A DNA stretch of 64,000 nucleotides from Candidatus Saccharimonadia bacterium (GTDB taxonomy: Bacteria > Patescibacteriota > Saccharimonadia > UBA4664). The position numbers were made by a program, and so were the translations under genes. The stretch is from the NCBI GenBank assembly GCA_041743505.1, contig JBGTMQ010000003.1, forward strand, positions 89,148 through 153,147, in the 5' to 3' direction. Shown piece by piece: positions 1 through 9,622 of this stretch; the stretch's first letter is position 1; each line of letters opens with the position of its first letter. The notes under the pieces are model-generated. The model did no database searches and had not been told where the DNA came from. It was given only the letters and a program-made list of their open reading frames with translations.

Positions 1-43
1 GAGGCCGTATGCCAAGCTGAGCTAAACGCTACAGCTCATTGGC

Positions 44-337
44 CTAGGCACCGGGGTCAATCGGGCGTGAAGCGAACGTCACAGTCCCGACAGCGACGTC
101 CCAGCGTACATAGGTACGATTGGTGGGTTGCGACTCGCCGTCGACCTTGACCCCGTGCACGTTGCCAAAGACAACGTCAGGCAGTGGCTTCCCCGCCTCC
201 AAAACTGGGTTTGTCGGCCGGATCTCCCACTCAACGCGACCATCGTGGGTCCAGAATGAGACAGCCGCCATCGTCGGCGCACCACCATCAATCTCGAAGA
301 TCCAGTTGGTGTCGATATCATCGTTTAGCAGAGTCAT
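44..337 (-). CDS. hypothetical protein
   Basis: ORF; ATG at 337 preceded by AGGAAAGG and a TTGACA-type promoter; no recognisable motif. Confidence 0.55.
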   Translation of the reverse strand: MTLLNDDIDTNWIFEIDGGAPTMAAVSFWTHDGRVEWEIRPTNPVLEAGKPLPDVVFGNVHGVKVDGESQPTNRTYVRWDVAVGTVTFASRPIDPGA

Positions 338-489
338 GGTCAGCCTTTCCTGTAGTCGAGACACAATACAAGCACTCAGAGGAAGCGCTAAACCTCTCCA
401 GTACGGATATCTACTATCTTAGCACAATTACTGCTGATTGTCAACATTGTGCTCCCTACGGAAGCTATTAGCCATGCTAAAATTGCTTC

Positions 490-1179
490 ATGTATATGGA
501 TTTATCAGTCCCAATCAATGATAGGTCTGCAGTTTACCCGGGTGACCCCAAGACTCAAATCAAGCAGACCGAATTTCTAGATAATGATGGTTATCAAGGC
601 CACTTTGTTTCTCTGGGAACCCACGTTGGCACCCACATGGATGCGCCGGCCCACATGATTGCTAATGGGAAAACACTAGATCAATATCCGGTTGAGCGCT
701 TTGTTGGCCGCGGCGTAGTTATCGAAGTTGATGGTCAATACAACCTGAATGACGTTAAAAACGCTAATCTCCGCCAAGGCGACATTGTCCTCTTTCACAC
801 CGGCTTTGATAAGAAATATTACAAACCGGAATACTTTGAGACTTACCCGGCTATCCCAGAGGACGTTGCTCATTACTTAGTTGAGAAAAAAGTATCAATT
901 GTCGGAGTAGACACCTGTAGCGTTGACCATGGGCCTTTCCTAACCCACAAGATACTATTGGGCGGAGACGTACTAATTGTTGAAAATCTTACAATGCCCG
1001 AGGAATTACACGGTGACATTGAAGTCACAGCACTCCCAATCAAGCTCCAACTAGATGCATTTCCCTGCCGCGTAATTGCCAAGCTGTCTGAGTCGGCTGG
1101 AGGATTTTTCAAAACCTCGCCAGTTTCGTTGTCAACAAAGGCGGAGTTTCAATCTTCATCGGTTCCATACGCCTCATAG
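490..1179 (+). CDS. cyclase family protein (kynurenine formamidase-like)
   Basis: DLS..I, YPGDP, HVGTHMDAPAH metal motif, GVDTCSVD, H..LLG..V.IVENL, ALPIK..FPCRVIA. Confidence 0.9.
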   Translation: MYMDLSVPINDRSAVYPGDPKTQIKQTEFLDNDGYQGHFVSLGTHVGTHMDAPAHMIANGKTLDQYPVERFVGRGVVIEVDGQYNLNDVKNANLRQGDIVLFHTGFDKKYYKPEYFETYPAIPEDVAHYLVEKKVSIVGVDTCSVDHGPFLTHKILLGGDVLIVENLTMPEELHGDIEVTALPIKLQLDAFPCRVIAKLSESAGGFFKTSPVSLSTKAEFQSSSVPYAS

Positions 1180-1253
1180 CCCCTAGTCTTCAGTACTTTG
1201 AGAACCTCCAACTTTCCTGAACCTGATATTCCTGTCACATAAATTAGCGACAT
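1085..1253 (-). pseudogene. truncated P-loop (nucleoside/NMP kinase-like) gene remnant
   Basis: Reads MSLIYVTGISGSGKLEVLKVLKTRGYEAYGTDED*NSAFVDNETGEVLKNPP; Walker A with GKL in place of GKS, in-frame TGA at 1149-1151, truncated inside the cyclase 3' end. Confidence 0.65.
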
Positions 1254-1574
1254 AGTGGAACAATCATAACAAATAAAGATAAATTAGCCGTATTTTCCCG
1301 AAGTACGACAACGAAAAAGGACCTGCTTTTTACACAATTTCCTTTTTTGTGATGGATACGCCCGAATTATCACACCCAATCATGGCCGAGGTACAGACCT
1401 GGAGGCGCTATTTAGGCACGGAGTACGCTCGACACAGAAATAGCCCACTTTAATGCCATCTAGTAATGCCCGAAGGGAGTAGCACCCAGGATATTGAGAG
1501 GTAATCGCAAATGTTTACAATTGTAATGAGTTATTAATTCGAGCTAAAGCCAGAGAGGGTCTATAATAATCCCC

Positions 1575-3368
1575 ATGAATATTCAGATTACGGTAAATCG
1601 GAAGTTTAGGAGCTTCAAAGACGGCCTAACAGCCAATGATTTAAATGACTTCATTGTACTTACGGGCAAAAATGGCGCGGGCAAATCTCAGCTCCTGCAA
1701 ATTATTGAGGGTAGGCTGCATGTAGATAGGGATAAACCTCCAGCAACGGCCGACATTGTCCTCAATGGCCAAGCCATAACTCTAACTGACACTCTGGGTA
1801 TCTTTGACTGGGGTATGCCATCCGCCCCTTCTGCCGGGATGGCCGAGCTTCAAAGTTACTCTCAGCAGATCCATCAAACCGTAAATGGTGTATTGTCAGG
1901 AAGCCCCCCAGACGAAAACCTATTCAGTCTCCAGCAGAGGGAGGAAATCGCGCGCATAGCAACTGAATTAAGAGATGAAGGCTACAACCAAAACGACAAC
2001 CCCTTTACCGTCGAGATGGTAGTTGAGAAGCTGTCAGCCAACTTCTCAAAGAAAAGCGCACAGATAATTAATGAGCGCATAGCCTCAATAACTTATGACT
2101 GGCATCTCACAGCGATTGAAAACCGCGAACCCTTTGAGCAAGAATCAAACCCAATCACCATTTTCAATGAATTGGCCGCGGAGTTTGAAACCAAGTATCA
2201 GCTGCCCCCATTCCACGGAAATTTACGCCTACCTTACGTACCCCTGCTTGAAAACCGCCAAGGCGACAAGGTTAACTGGAATGAACTTTCATCAGGTGAG
2301 CAGGTCTTATTCCGCATAATTTGCTGGCTATTCTACTATCGAACCCAAAATGCTATTTACCCTAAGCTCCTAGTATTGGATGAGCCAGATGCCCATTTAA
2401 CACCCAAAATGATCCACCGTCTGCTGGATAATCTACAGCGAGTGATCATAGATAAAATGGGCATATCGGTTATCATGACTACCCATAGCCCCAATACTGT
2501 AGCATTGTGTGAGGAAACAGCCCTTTATGAGTTACTGCTAAGCGATTCGGGCACTAGGACGATAGAGCAGATTACCCGAAAAGATGCCTTAGTCAAATTC
2601 TCGGAAGGTCTGCTTTTTGTACAAGAGGACACTCGGCTAATGTTTGTTGAGGGCAAGGATGATCTACCCTTCTACGACAAACTATATCGGGTGGCCATTA
2701 TTAGGCATGACTTCAAAAACATTCCAAGCTTAAAGTTTATTGCTGCAAGTCACGCCCGACCAGAACATGGAGGATGTACAAAAGTTCTTGAAATGGTCCC
2801 TCGCTTTAATGGCTCAAGCATCGAGAATCTGGTGCATGGGATCATTGATAACGACAACGCCAACACCCCGCAGCCAAATATTTCCGTACTCGATAGATAC
2901 AGCATTGAAAGCTATTTATACGATCCACTACTAATGGCCGTGAGCATGTTGGTGCGGGGAAAGCACGACAGAGTACCATCCCTTAATAGCCTGCAAACCG
3001 GCGACCAGGTGCAGCTTATGGCCAATAGCCAGCTGGTCCAAAACGTCATAAATGACATCATAAATACCCTAAAAACAAATGCCGGCACCGTGATATCCGA
3101 TAGTGGTTTCAGTGAAAATCCGGCAACTGTTAAATGGAAGATTAAAGATCAGGAAGAGCCGCTCAGCTACACGCTACCTGAATGGTATATAAAGCTTAAA
3201 GGTAAAGCCCTAGTAACAAAAGTGATTCGCGCACAAAATAGCCTTTTCAAGGACATCATAAACAATGGGGACCAATACGTAGCCATCGAAACTATAGGGG
3301 CTGTTCCGTTGGATATCTACGAGAAGCTAACCGCCATCCAGATACACAGCACCAGTTCTACCGACTAG
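1575..3368 (+). CDS. ABC-type (AAA_21-like) ATPase fused to TOPRIM (DUF4435/OLD-like) domain; putative anti-phage protein
   Basis: Walker A GKNGAGKS, signature LSSGEQ, Walker B LLVLDEPDAHL, H-loop TTHSP, TOPRIM FVEGKDD and GIIDND, YSIESYL. Confidence 0.85.
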   Translation: MNIQITVNRKFRSFKDGLTANDLNDFIVLTGKNGAGKSQLLQIIEGRLHVDRDKPPATADIVLNGQAITLTDTLGIFDWGMPSAPSAGMAELQSYSQQIHQTVNGVLSGSPPDENLFSLQQREEIARIATELRDEGYNQNDNPFTVEMVVEKLSANFSKKSAQIINERIASITYDWHLTAIENREPFEQESNPITIFNELAAEFETKYQLPPFHGNLRLPYVPLLENRQGDKVNWNELSSGEQVLFRIICWLFYYRTQNAIYPKLLVLDEPDAHLTPKMIHRLLDNLQRVIIDKMGISVIMTTHSPNTVALCEETALYELLLSDSGTRTIEQITRKDALVKFSEGLLFVQEDTRLMFVEGKDDLPFYDKLYRVAIIRHDFKNIPSLKFIAASHARPEHGGCTKVLEMVPRFNGSSIENLVHGIIDNDNANTPQPNISVLDRYSIESYLYDPLLMAVSMLVRGKHDRVPSLNSLQTGDQVQLMANSQLVQNVINDIINTLKTNAGTVISDSGFSENPATVKWKIKDQEEPLSYTLPEWYIKLKGKALVTKVIRAQNSLFKDIINNGDQYVAIETIGAVPLDIYEKLTAIQIHSTSSTD

Positions 3369-3402
3369 GGCTTAAACAAGTCAATTACTTCCCGATCTAA
3401 CG

Positions 3403-3670
3403 CAGGCTGAAGATGTTAAGCGACAGATTATTGAGCTTGAGCTCTCTATTCGTGGAGCTCAAGACGTTGAAAAGGACTTCATGCATTCGTGGAGTTTTCA
3501 CTGAAGTACCTATACAGCTTAAAAGCCCATTGGTGTACGCTCAATAAAGACGAGATGCAAGCCCTCGCAAATATCCTCTTACCCGGAGGTGTATGGCTTA
3601 AAAATGAGGAGCAAAAATTTCACACCCCGAAATAAGCCCACTTTTCAGATACAGATCCAACAAAAAATAG
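3403..3670 (+). pseudogene. frameshifted remnant resembling the C-terminus of a site-specific recombinase abutting tmRNA
   Basis: Three frames join to QAEDVKRQIIELELSIRGAQDVEKDF / AFVEFSLKYLYSLKAHWCTLNKDEMQALANILLPGGVWLKNEEQKFHTP / EISPLFRYRSNKK, running antisense into the tmRNA 3' end; family call from recalled pattern only. Confidence 0.5.
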
Positions 3671-3692
3671 CCAAGAAAATTGGCTATTTTTG
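3661..3692 (-). terminator. hairpin terminator downstream of tmRNA
   Basis: AAAAATAGCCAA-gaaaa-TTGGCTATTTTT inverted repeat. Confidence 0.7.
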
Positions 3693-3702
3693 CATAAAAA
3701 CT

Positions 3703-4078
3703 TGGTGGAGCTGCGGGGAATCGCACCCCGGTCCGCCGGGTTACTTGCTAGCGCACTACAGGCTTAGTCGACTTTTGAGCTTAGCTTGCGGCCATGAGTC
3801 GACGAACTATCCGCGAGAGCAGCCTCTTAGCTTAGCTAAGCAGCAGAGACACGCTGCCTAGAGCAGCCCGATAATATAACACCAGCGAACCCCTACCGGG
3901 CATCAGGTGCTGATGGTTTACGGTGTTTAGGCGTAAACAGGTGCGAGTGTCGGTGCGCTAAAAGCGTCCTTCACCCGGCTAAAGAAGTTGGCAGTTAAGC
4001 TAACTGTGGATGCTAACGTGTGCCTACGGCCTGCGCGACTAGCTTGTAAAGGTCCCAACGTCGAGCCTGATCAGCCCC
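3703..4078 (-). ncRNA. ssrA: tmRNA
   Basis: 5' GGGGCTGATCAGGCTCGAC; 3' T-arm/acceptor CCGGGGTGCGATTCCCCGCAGCTCCACCA; tag frame 3992-3927 ANFFSRVKDAFSAPTLAPVYA*. Confidence 0.95.
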
Positions 4079-4164
4079 AAGTCGAACCATATCATTATAC
4101 CATCTCCGGCTCCCTAAACAAAGATTTAGGGCGGGACATGCAATTTATGTCCCGCCCCCGTTCA

Positions 4165-4488
4165 TTATCGGACTGCCAACAATTGATTGACTGCCCCAAG
4201 CGATAAAAGTTGAGTTCGGTGCCGGTTAAACTCCGCAGTAGACAACGTCCGCTTCAACGGCACTTTCATAATGTCATGGGCCACGCCATTTTGGCCGGGC
4301 CCAGCCGAGTAGTAACCACAATCAAGGCAATACCGCTCCTCACTGTCAGTACAGCCAATCACCCCATTATGATGGCAACGAGCCATTAACTCGCCTTGAT
4401 GGTGAGCCAAGTTAGCCTGAAGCCGCCGTACATCATGTTGCATACCAACTACGTGTTGCCTTCTTGATTTAAAGCTACCCTCTGCCAT
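4165..4488 (-). CDS. hypothetical protein (Cys/His motifs, CxxC)
   Basis: ORF with AGGGG SD and TTGAAA/TATAGT promoter; CHH...C...CLDC. Confidence 0.55.
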   Translation of the reverse strand: MAEGSFKSRRQHVVGMQHDVRRLQANLAHHQGELMARCHHNGVIGCTDSEERYCLDCGYYSAGPGQNGVAHDIMKVPLKRTLSTAEFNRHRTQLLSLGAVNQLLAVR

Positions 4489-4600
4489 GCGCCCCTACTC
4501 TCACTCGTGGGCCTATACAGTGCAGTACTATAGTACACAAATAAGTCCGTTTTTCAAGCAGCAAAAGCCACAACACACACCATAAGCGTTGTATTAAAAA

Positions 4601-5878
4601 CTATTTATTGCTGACTGGGCTTGGTTGACCCTTCGAGCGCATCTGCAACAACTGCACGACAGCAAAAATCACCACCGAAACACCCATAATCGTAATAACA
4701 GCAGTCACGCTCAAGAGATCAGCCAAGATACCGGTCAACAATATTGGCAGCGTACCGGCCAGGTTAATGAACATATTAAGCGCACCAAACACCTTACCCC
4801 GGACATCCTCATGTGAGTTCTCCTGCAACACTGTCTGGGCAGTCGTTGAGATAATAGCGTTAAGCATACCCAGCGTAAACACCAGTGCGGCTACAATCCA
4901 GCCGATCTGGGCACCGGTTAAGACCTGCTGTCCGTCGATAGGGCGGTAGAGCAGCCCGCTCAGACCCAATAAAATCAATGCCCCACCGGCCATTATCAAA
5001 CCGATCTCCAGCACCCGGATTTTGGTGTAACGCCGGGTCAGCCGGCCAACCAGCCCCACTCCCGCCACCATCCCGATACCAGCCGGAATAATCAGGTACG
5101 TACTAGCGTGCTCCAGAGGCCGGTGCAACAGCGCCAACGACAGTGCCGGCGCCAAAGCCATAATGACCCCAACGATAGCCTGGGTGATAGTCAGCTGGCG
5201 AATAGCCAACGACAACCAGCGATGCGACCGCACAATCGTAAACCCAGCCTTAAACTCGTCCATAAATCTAAACTTAGGCAAATCTGTCCGCTTTCCTGCG
5301 CTACCCCTCGGTAAACCCAATACGCTCAGACCCGCCAAGGCAAACATCGATGCCGTCAGCAAATACGGTCCATATGGTCCCATGGTTGTGATGACCGGCG
5401 CGGCCAAGGCATAACCCACCACAAACGAGCCATAAAGACTAAACACAAACAACGAATTCGCCGTCAACAGGAGGTGCTTAGGTACTACCTGGGGTATCGT
5501 CGACGCCTCAGCCGGCACAAAAAATTGCATGATACTCGAAATCAAAAAAGACAATATCAAGATACCGATCAGGTTATCTTGTAGTGGAATATACAACAAA
5601 ACCAGCCCAGCCCTGAGAGTGTTCGTTACCACCATGACCAGCCGGCGGTTCCAACGGTCAGTCATTGCCCCGGCAAATGACGCAAAAAAGATCGACGGCG
5701 TACCAAAAGCCAGCACCAACAAGCTCACCGCCAAATTACCCAGGTTGGTGTGGGAGCTGGCATTGAACACTTGGATAATCAGGGCAAAATTCAACAGATG
5801 CTGAGCTACTTGCGATAGGATCTGAGACAACCACAGCTTACTGAAATTTCCCTGGCGCAGGGCCTGCAGATATTCCAT
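4601..5878 (-). CDS. MFS transporter
   Basis: About 12 hydrophobic segments, motif A GAMTDRWNRR, RGKVFG. Confidence 0.9.
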   Translation of the reverse strand: MEYLQALRQGNFSKLWLSQILSQVAQHLLNFALIIQVFNASSHTNLGNLAVSLLVLAFGTPSIFFASFAGAMTDRWNRRLVMVVTNTLRAGLVLLYIPLQDNLIGILILSFLISSIMQFFVPAEASTIPQVVPKHLLLTANSLFVFSLYGSFVVGYALAAPVITTMGPYGPYLLTASMFALAGLSVLGLPRGSAGKRTDLPKFRFMDEFKAGFTIVRSHRWLSLAIRQLTITQAIVGVIMALAPALSLALLHRPLEHASTYLIIPAGIGMVAGVGLVGRLTRRYTKIRVLEIGLIMAGGALILLGLSGLLYRPIDGQQVLTGAQIGWIVAALVFTLGMLNAIISTTAQTVLQENSHEDVRGKVFGALNMFINLAGTLPILLTGILADLLSVTAVITIMGVSVVIFAVVQLLQMRSKGQPSPVSNK

Positions 5879-5965
5879 AACGATCTCTATGATACCCGCA
5901 CACGACTCAATCTGCTAGCGTTAAGCATTAATGGTATATACTAATAGAACTAAGTAGACGGTTTT

Positions 5966-7141
5966 ATGCGTATCCTGCTCGTGACTGAATCGTACTGGCC
6001 CAATGCTGATGGCGGCGCACTATTTGAACGCAGGCTTGTACTGGCTATTGCCGGCCTTGGCCACCATGTAGCAGTCTGGGCGCCGGGTACCAAGCTTGGC
6101 AGCTACGAAGAAACTGACGGCCCCTACACCATCCACCGCGAAAGTGCCACCACCTTCCTGGCCAACACCAAGTACAAGGTAAGCTGGGCCCCGTTCTGGC
6201 ATGCCCGGCGCATCATCCGCCAGGAGCAGCCAGACGCTATCCACATTCACAACTGTTACTGGATGGGACTATCCGCTATGTTCTGGGCTCACCGCTATCG
6301 TATTCCCGTTGTAGCCACCAACCACTTTATGCCAGAGAACGCCCTGCTTAACCTCAAAGGCTCAAGCCTGTTCTATAAACCTCTTCATAACCTAATCTGG
6401 CGCTACCTGGTCTGGTTCCACAACCGGGTTAACTATGTGACTTCCCCCACCCCAACCGCCGTACAGTTACTCCTCGACCATGGGCTCAGGACCCCGGCTA
6501 AGGCCGTTTCCAACGGCGTTGACATGGTTGTATTCAAGCCCGGACAGGACGCGTCTGCAGTTATCCAGAAATACGGCATCGCCACCGACCGGCCAGTTGT
6601 CTTGTACCTCGGTCGTCTCGATGGCGAAAAGCGACTCGATCAAATCATTGCCGCCATGCCGCAAATTCTACAACAGCAACCCGCCCAGTTAGTACTTTCC
6701 GGCTTTGGCAAGGACATGGCCGCACTTCAAAGCCAGGCCAAAAAGCTCGGCATTGCCGACAACATTGTCTTCACCGGCTACATTGAAGAAGCCGAGAAAC
6801 CCCTTATTTACAACGCAGCGAACTTATTTCTCATCTCGTCCCCCGCTGAACTCCAGAGTATTGTTGTACTCGAAGCCATGGCCAGCGGACTTCCCGTGGT
6901 CGCCGTCGATATCGCCGCCCTCAAAGAGCTCTGCCACGACGGCAAAAACGGCTACTTGTTCAAGCTGGATGATATCACCAGCTTAGCCCGGGTCACCAAA
7001 CAGATATTAGCCAATCGCGACTTACAGAAACGATTTGGCCGGGAGAGTATGAATATTGTGAAGCGCTCGCATTCCACCAATACCATGGTCAAAACCTACG
7101 AAGCAGTCTACAAATGGCTCGCAAATCGGCCGGCATCGTGA
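5966..7141 (+). CDS. GT4 glycosyltransferase (diacylglycerol glucosyltransferase-like)
   Basis: ESYWPNADGG, GRLDGEK, ELQSIVVLEAMASGLP. Confidence 0.9.
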   Translation: MRILLVTESYWPNADGGALFERRLVLAIAGLGHHVAVWAPGTKLGSYEETDGPYTIHRESATTFLANTKYKVSWAPFWHARRIIRQEQPDAIHIHNCYWMGLSAMFWAHRYRIPVVATNHFMPENALLNLKGSSLFYKPLHNLIWRYLVWFHNRVNYVTSPTPTAVQLLLDHGLRTPAKAVSNGVDMVVFKPGQDASAVIQKYGIATDRPVVLYLGRLDGEKRLDQIIAAMPQILQQQPAQLVLSGFGKDMAALQSQAKKLGIADNIVFTGYIEEAEKPLIYNAANLFLISSPAELQSIVVLEAMASGLPVVAVDIAALKELCHDGKNGYLFKLDDITSLARVTKQILANRDLQKRFGRESMNIVKRSHSTNTMVKTYEAVYKWLANRPAS

Positions 7142-8409
7142 AAATCGGCTTTTTTAGCGACCGTTACTTACCCATGACGGATGGAGTAGCTTATTCCATC
7201 GAGTCATTCCGTATCGAGCTGGAAAAGCTCGGTCATGAAGTCTATATTTTTGCACCCCGAACCACCCGGGGCCACAAGGATACGTCCAAGCACATCATTC
7301 GCTTTCCGGCTGTCAAAGGCCTCTTCTTTGAAGACTACATGACAACGTTCTTCTTCCCCCCGCAGGTAATGCGCAAGGTTGAAAAGCTTAAATTAGATAT
7401 TATTCACTACCATACCCCCGGACAACTAGGCTTGTTTGGCGCCTACTTTGCATTGCATCACAACATACCACTGGTCACCACCTACCACACCGATCTTTTC
7501 GAATATGTGAAACATTATCCATCAATTCTGCCCGGCACCATTGCCCTGTCGATGCTCGTTCCCGTTATCACCGGTGGCGGCATGAGCGAATACCGCGCCA
7601 GCCTATCCTCCATCAAACCCGAGCGCAGCGTCGATAAATGGAACCAGAAAATCGTCGAGCGCGGCGTCACTATGATCCACAATCACTGCGACCTCGTGAT
7701 TACACCTTCGCAAAAAATCGAGCGCCAGCTGAAGCGCTGGAAAACCAAGGCCATCATTGCCACATTGCCTACCGGCGTAGATAAAATAACAACAACCGCC
7801 CGCAATATTGAGGTCGCCCGCATCCGTTACAACATTCACGAAGACGACAAGGTAATATTGTTCGTCGGCCGCATCGGTACTGAAAAGAACCTGGGTCTGT
7901 TGCTCCAGTCGTTCGACTACATAGCCAAAAAGAACGTTGCCGCCAAACTCGTCCTGGTCGGTCGCGGCGATGATTTTGAAAACTTTAAAGACCAAGCCGC
8001 AGCCAGCGCTTATGAAAACCGCATTATCTTTACCGGCCGAATTGACCATCAGGAACTCGGAGCCATCTACGAGCTAGCAACGCTGTTCGCATTCCCTTCC
8101 ACAACCGACACTCAGGGATTAGTCCTCAATGAAGCAGCCTGGGCCGGCCTACCTATTGTGCTCGTCGACCACGGAATCACCGAGGTAGTGGAAGACGGCA
8201 AGAACGGCTACTACGCTAAGCCCACCGCCAAAGACCTGGCCGCCAAGATTCTCAAGCTCCTCAAAGATAAACGGCTGCGCGAACAAATGGGTCAGCACAG
8301 CATCAAATTAGCCGGCGGATTTGGCGCTAGCACCCAGGCTCTAAAATTGTTACGCTTGTATGAGGAAACCATGGAGCGTCACGGTGAAAGCACCAAAACC
8401 AAGCCCTAA
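7138..8409 (+). CDS. GT4 glycosyltransferase (diacylglycerol glucosyltransferase-like)
   Basis: GTG start overlapping upstream stop; KIGFFSDRYLP..DGV, TYHT, GRIGTEKN, DTQGLVLNEA. Confidence 0.9.
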   Translation: MKIGFFSDRYLPMTDGVAYSIESFRIELEKLGHEVYIFAPRTTRGHKDTSKHIIRFPAVKGLFFEDYMTTFFFPPQVMRKVEKLKLDIIHYHTPGQLGLFGAYFALHHNIPLVTTYHTDLFEYVKHYPSILPGTIALSMLVPVITGGGMSEYRASLSSIKPERSVDKWNQKIVERGVTMIHNHCDLVITPSQKIERQLKRWKTKAIIATLPTGVDKITTTARNIEVARIRYNIHEDDKVILFVGRIGTEKNLGLLLQSFDYIAKKNVAAKLVLVGRGDDFENFKDQAAASAYENRIIFTGRIDHQELGAIYELATLFAFPSTTDTQGLVLNEAAWAGLPIVLVDHGITEVVEDGKNGYYAKPTAKDLAAKILKLLKDKRLREQMGQHSIKLAGGFGASTQALKLLRLYEETMERHGESTKTKP

Positions 8410-9352
8410 GCCGGTCAACAATCCCGCTGCCGAGCCAGCCGAAATCCGTAAACACTACTATAAAGAACGTTATGTCATCATAGCGCCCAAGCGAAATCTG
8501 CGACCCGATTCATTTTCCCATCACAACGAACCACACAAAATACCCAACCCGGCCTGCCATTTCTGTAACAACACCGAGCCGGCCTTGCTCGCCTCACCTG
8601 GACCAAAAAACTGGCGCGTCAAAGTCATTAAAAACGCTTTTCCAGCACTTTCCCTGGATAACCCCAAAGCCTTCGGCAGCCAAGAAGTCGTTATTAATAC
8701 TCCCGACCACAATATGGAATTCTCAGAACTCCAGCTCGGTCATATCGAAGAAATATTCAGCGCTTACCGTCGCCGGTTAACCGCCCTCAAGACCATAGAT
8801 GGCATCCGTTACGTGCTAGTCTTCAAAAATGATGGCCCGATGGCTGGTGCCAGCGTGGCTCATGCCCACTGCCAAATTATCGCCCTACCGATGATCCCAC
8901 CACATATAGAAGATGACAGTAACGCCCTCAAGCGCTACCAGGATATAAACAATAGCTGCGCCCTATGCGATATTATCACTTGGGAAGAACAGCAACGGGT
9001 CCGCATCATTTTTCAGGACAAGCACATGATCGCTATTGCCCCCTACGCTGCCTCAGCCGGATTCGGCGCCTGGATTCTTCCCCGGCGCCACGAGACCAGC
9101 TTCGGTAACCTTGGCAGTGGCGAGCTGCACTCATTGGCAGTAATTCTCAAAAAAATAACTGCCCGCCTAGATAGCACTAATATAAGTTTCAATTATTTCT
9201 TGCAAGAATCCATTCCCCACCAGGATCATCATTTCGTCCTCAAAGTGGAGCCCAGAACGTTCCGGTGGGCCGGCGCCGAAATGGGTACCGGCGTTATTAT
9301 CAATCCTGTACCTCCTGAATACGCCGCCCTCTGGTACCAAGGTACGGTTTAA
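8360..9352 (+). CDS. galT: galactose-1-phosphate uridylyltransferase (GalT/HIT family)
   Basis: CHFC, KNAFPAL, FKNDG..AGASVAHAHCQ (HxHxQ), AGAEMGTG..INP..PE. Confidence 0.85.
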   Translation: MRKPWSVTVKAPKPSPKPVNNPAAEPAEIRKHYYKERYVIIAPKRNLRPDSFSHHNEPHKIPNPACHFCNNTEPALLASPGPKNWRVKVIKNAFPALSLDNPKAFGSQEVVINTPDHNMEFSELQLGHIEEIFSAYRRRLTALKTIDGIRYVLVFKNDGPMAGASVAHAHCQIIALPMIPPHIEDDSNALKRYQDINNSCALCDIITWEEQQRVRIIFQDKHMIAIAPYAASAGFGAWILPRRHETSFGNLGSGELHSLAVILKKITARLDSTNISFNYFLQESIPHQDHHFVLKVEPRTFRWAGAEMGTGVIINPVPPEYAALWYQGTV

Positions 9353-9362
9353 CATAAGAAAG

Positions 9363-9417
9363 CCCCTAGGTACTTAGTGCTCGGAGCTTGCGCTCTGAGA
9401 TTTAAGTACCTAGGGGA
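9363..9417. terminator. long-stem bidirectional hairpin
   Basis: CCCCTAGGTACTTA ... TAAGTACCTAGGGG 14-bp inverted repeat between convergent genes. Confidence 0.65.
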
Positions 9418-9490
9418 TAAATCGGGCGGCTGGCTGGGTCTGGACCAGCCGGGGTTACTAACCCTAGCCCCCTATACCCAACTCGTGGGC

Positions 9491-9622
9491 TCACTCGCTG
9501 CTGACAGCACGCCGCGAACGACGAGCGGACAGGGACCGGAAGAGGCGCAGAACCCGGCTAAGGGCCGTGAACGCCGTCCCGGTAGCTGTCCGAGAGGTTG
9601 TCATGTGAACGGTGCCGCTCAT
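9491..9622 (-). CDS. small basic protein (43 aa), absent from ORF track
   Basis: MSGTVHMTTSRTATGTAFTALSRVLRLFRSLSARRSRRAVSSE*; SD GAGAGGAG and TTGACC/TACTAT promoter upstream. Confidence 0.55.
   Translation of the reverse strand: MSGTVHMTTSRTATGTAFTALSRVLRLFRSLSARRSRRAVSSE

Noticed and set aside
3589-4206. ORFs 3589..3861 and 3988..4206, likewise 18798..19290 and 30668..31042
   Set aside because: Antisense to tmRNA, RNase P RNA or tRNA-Pro
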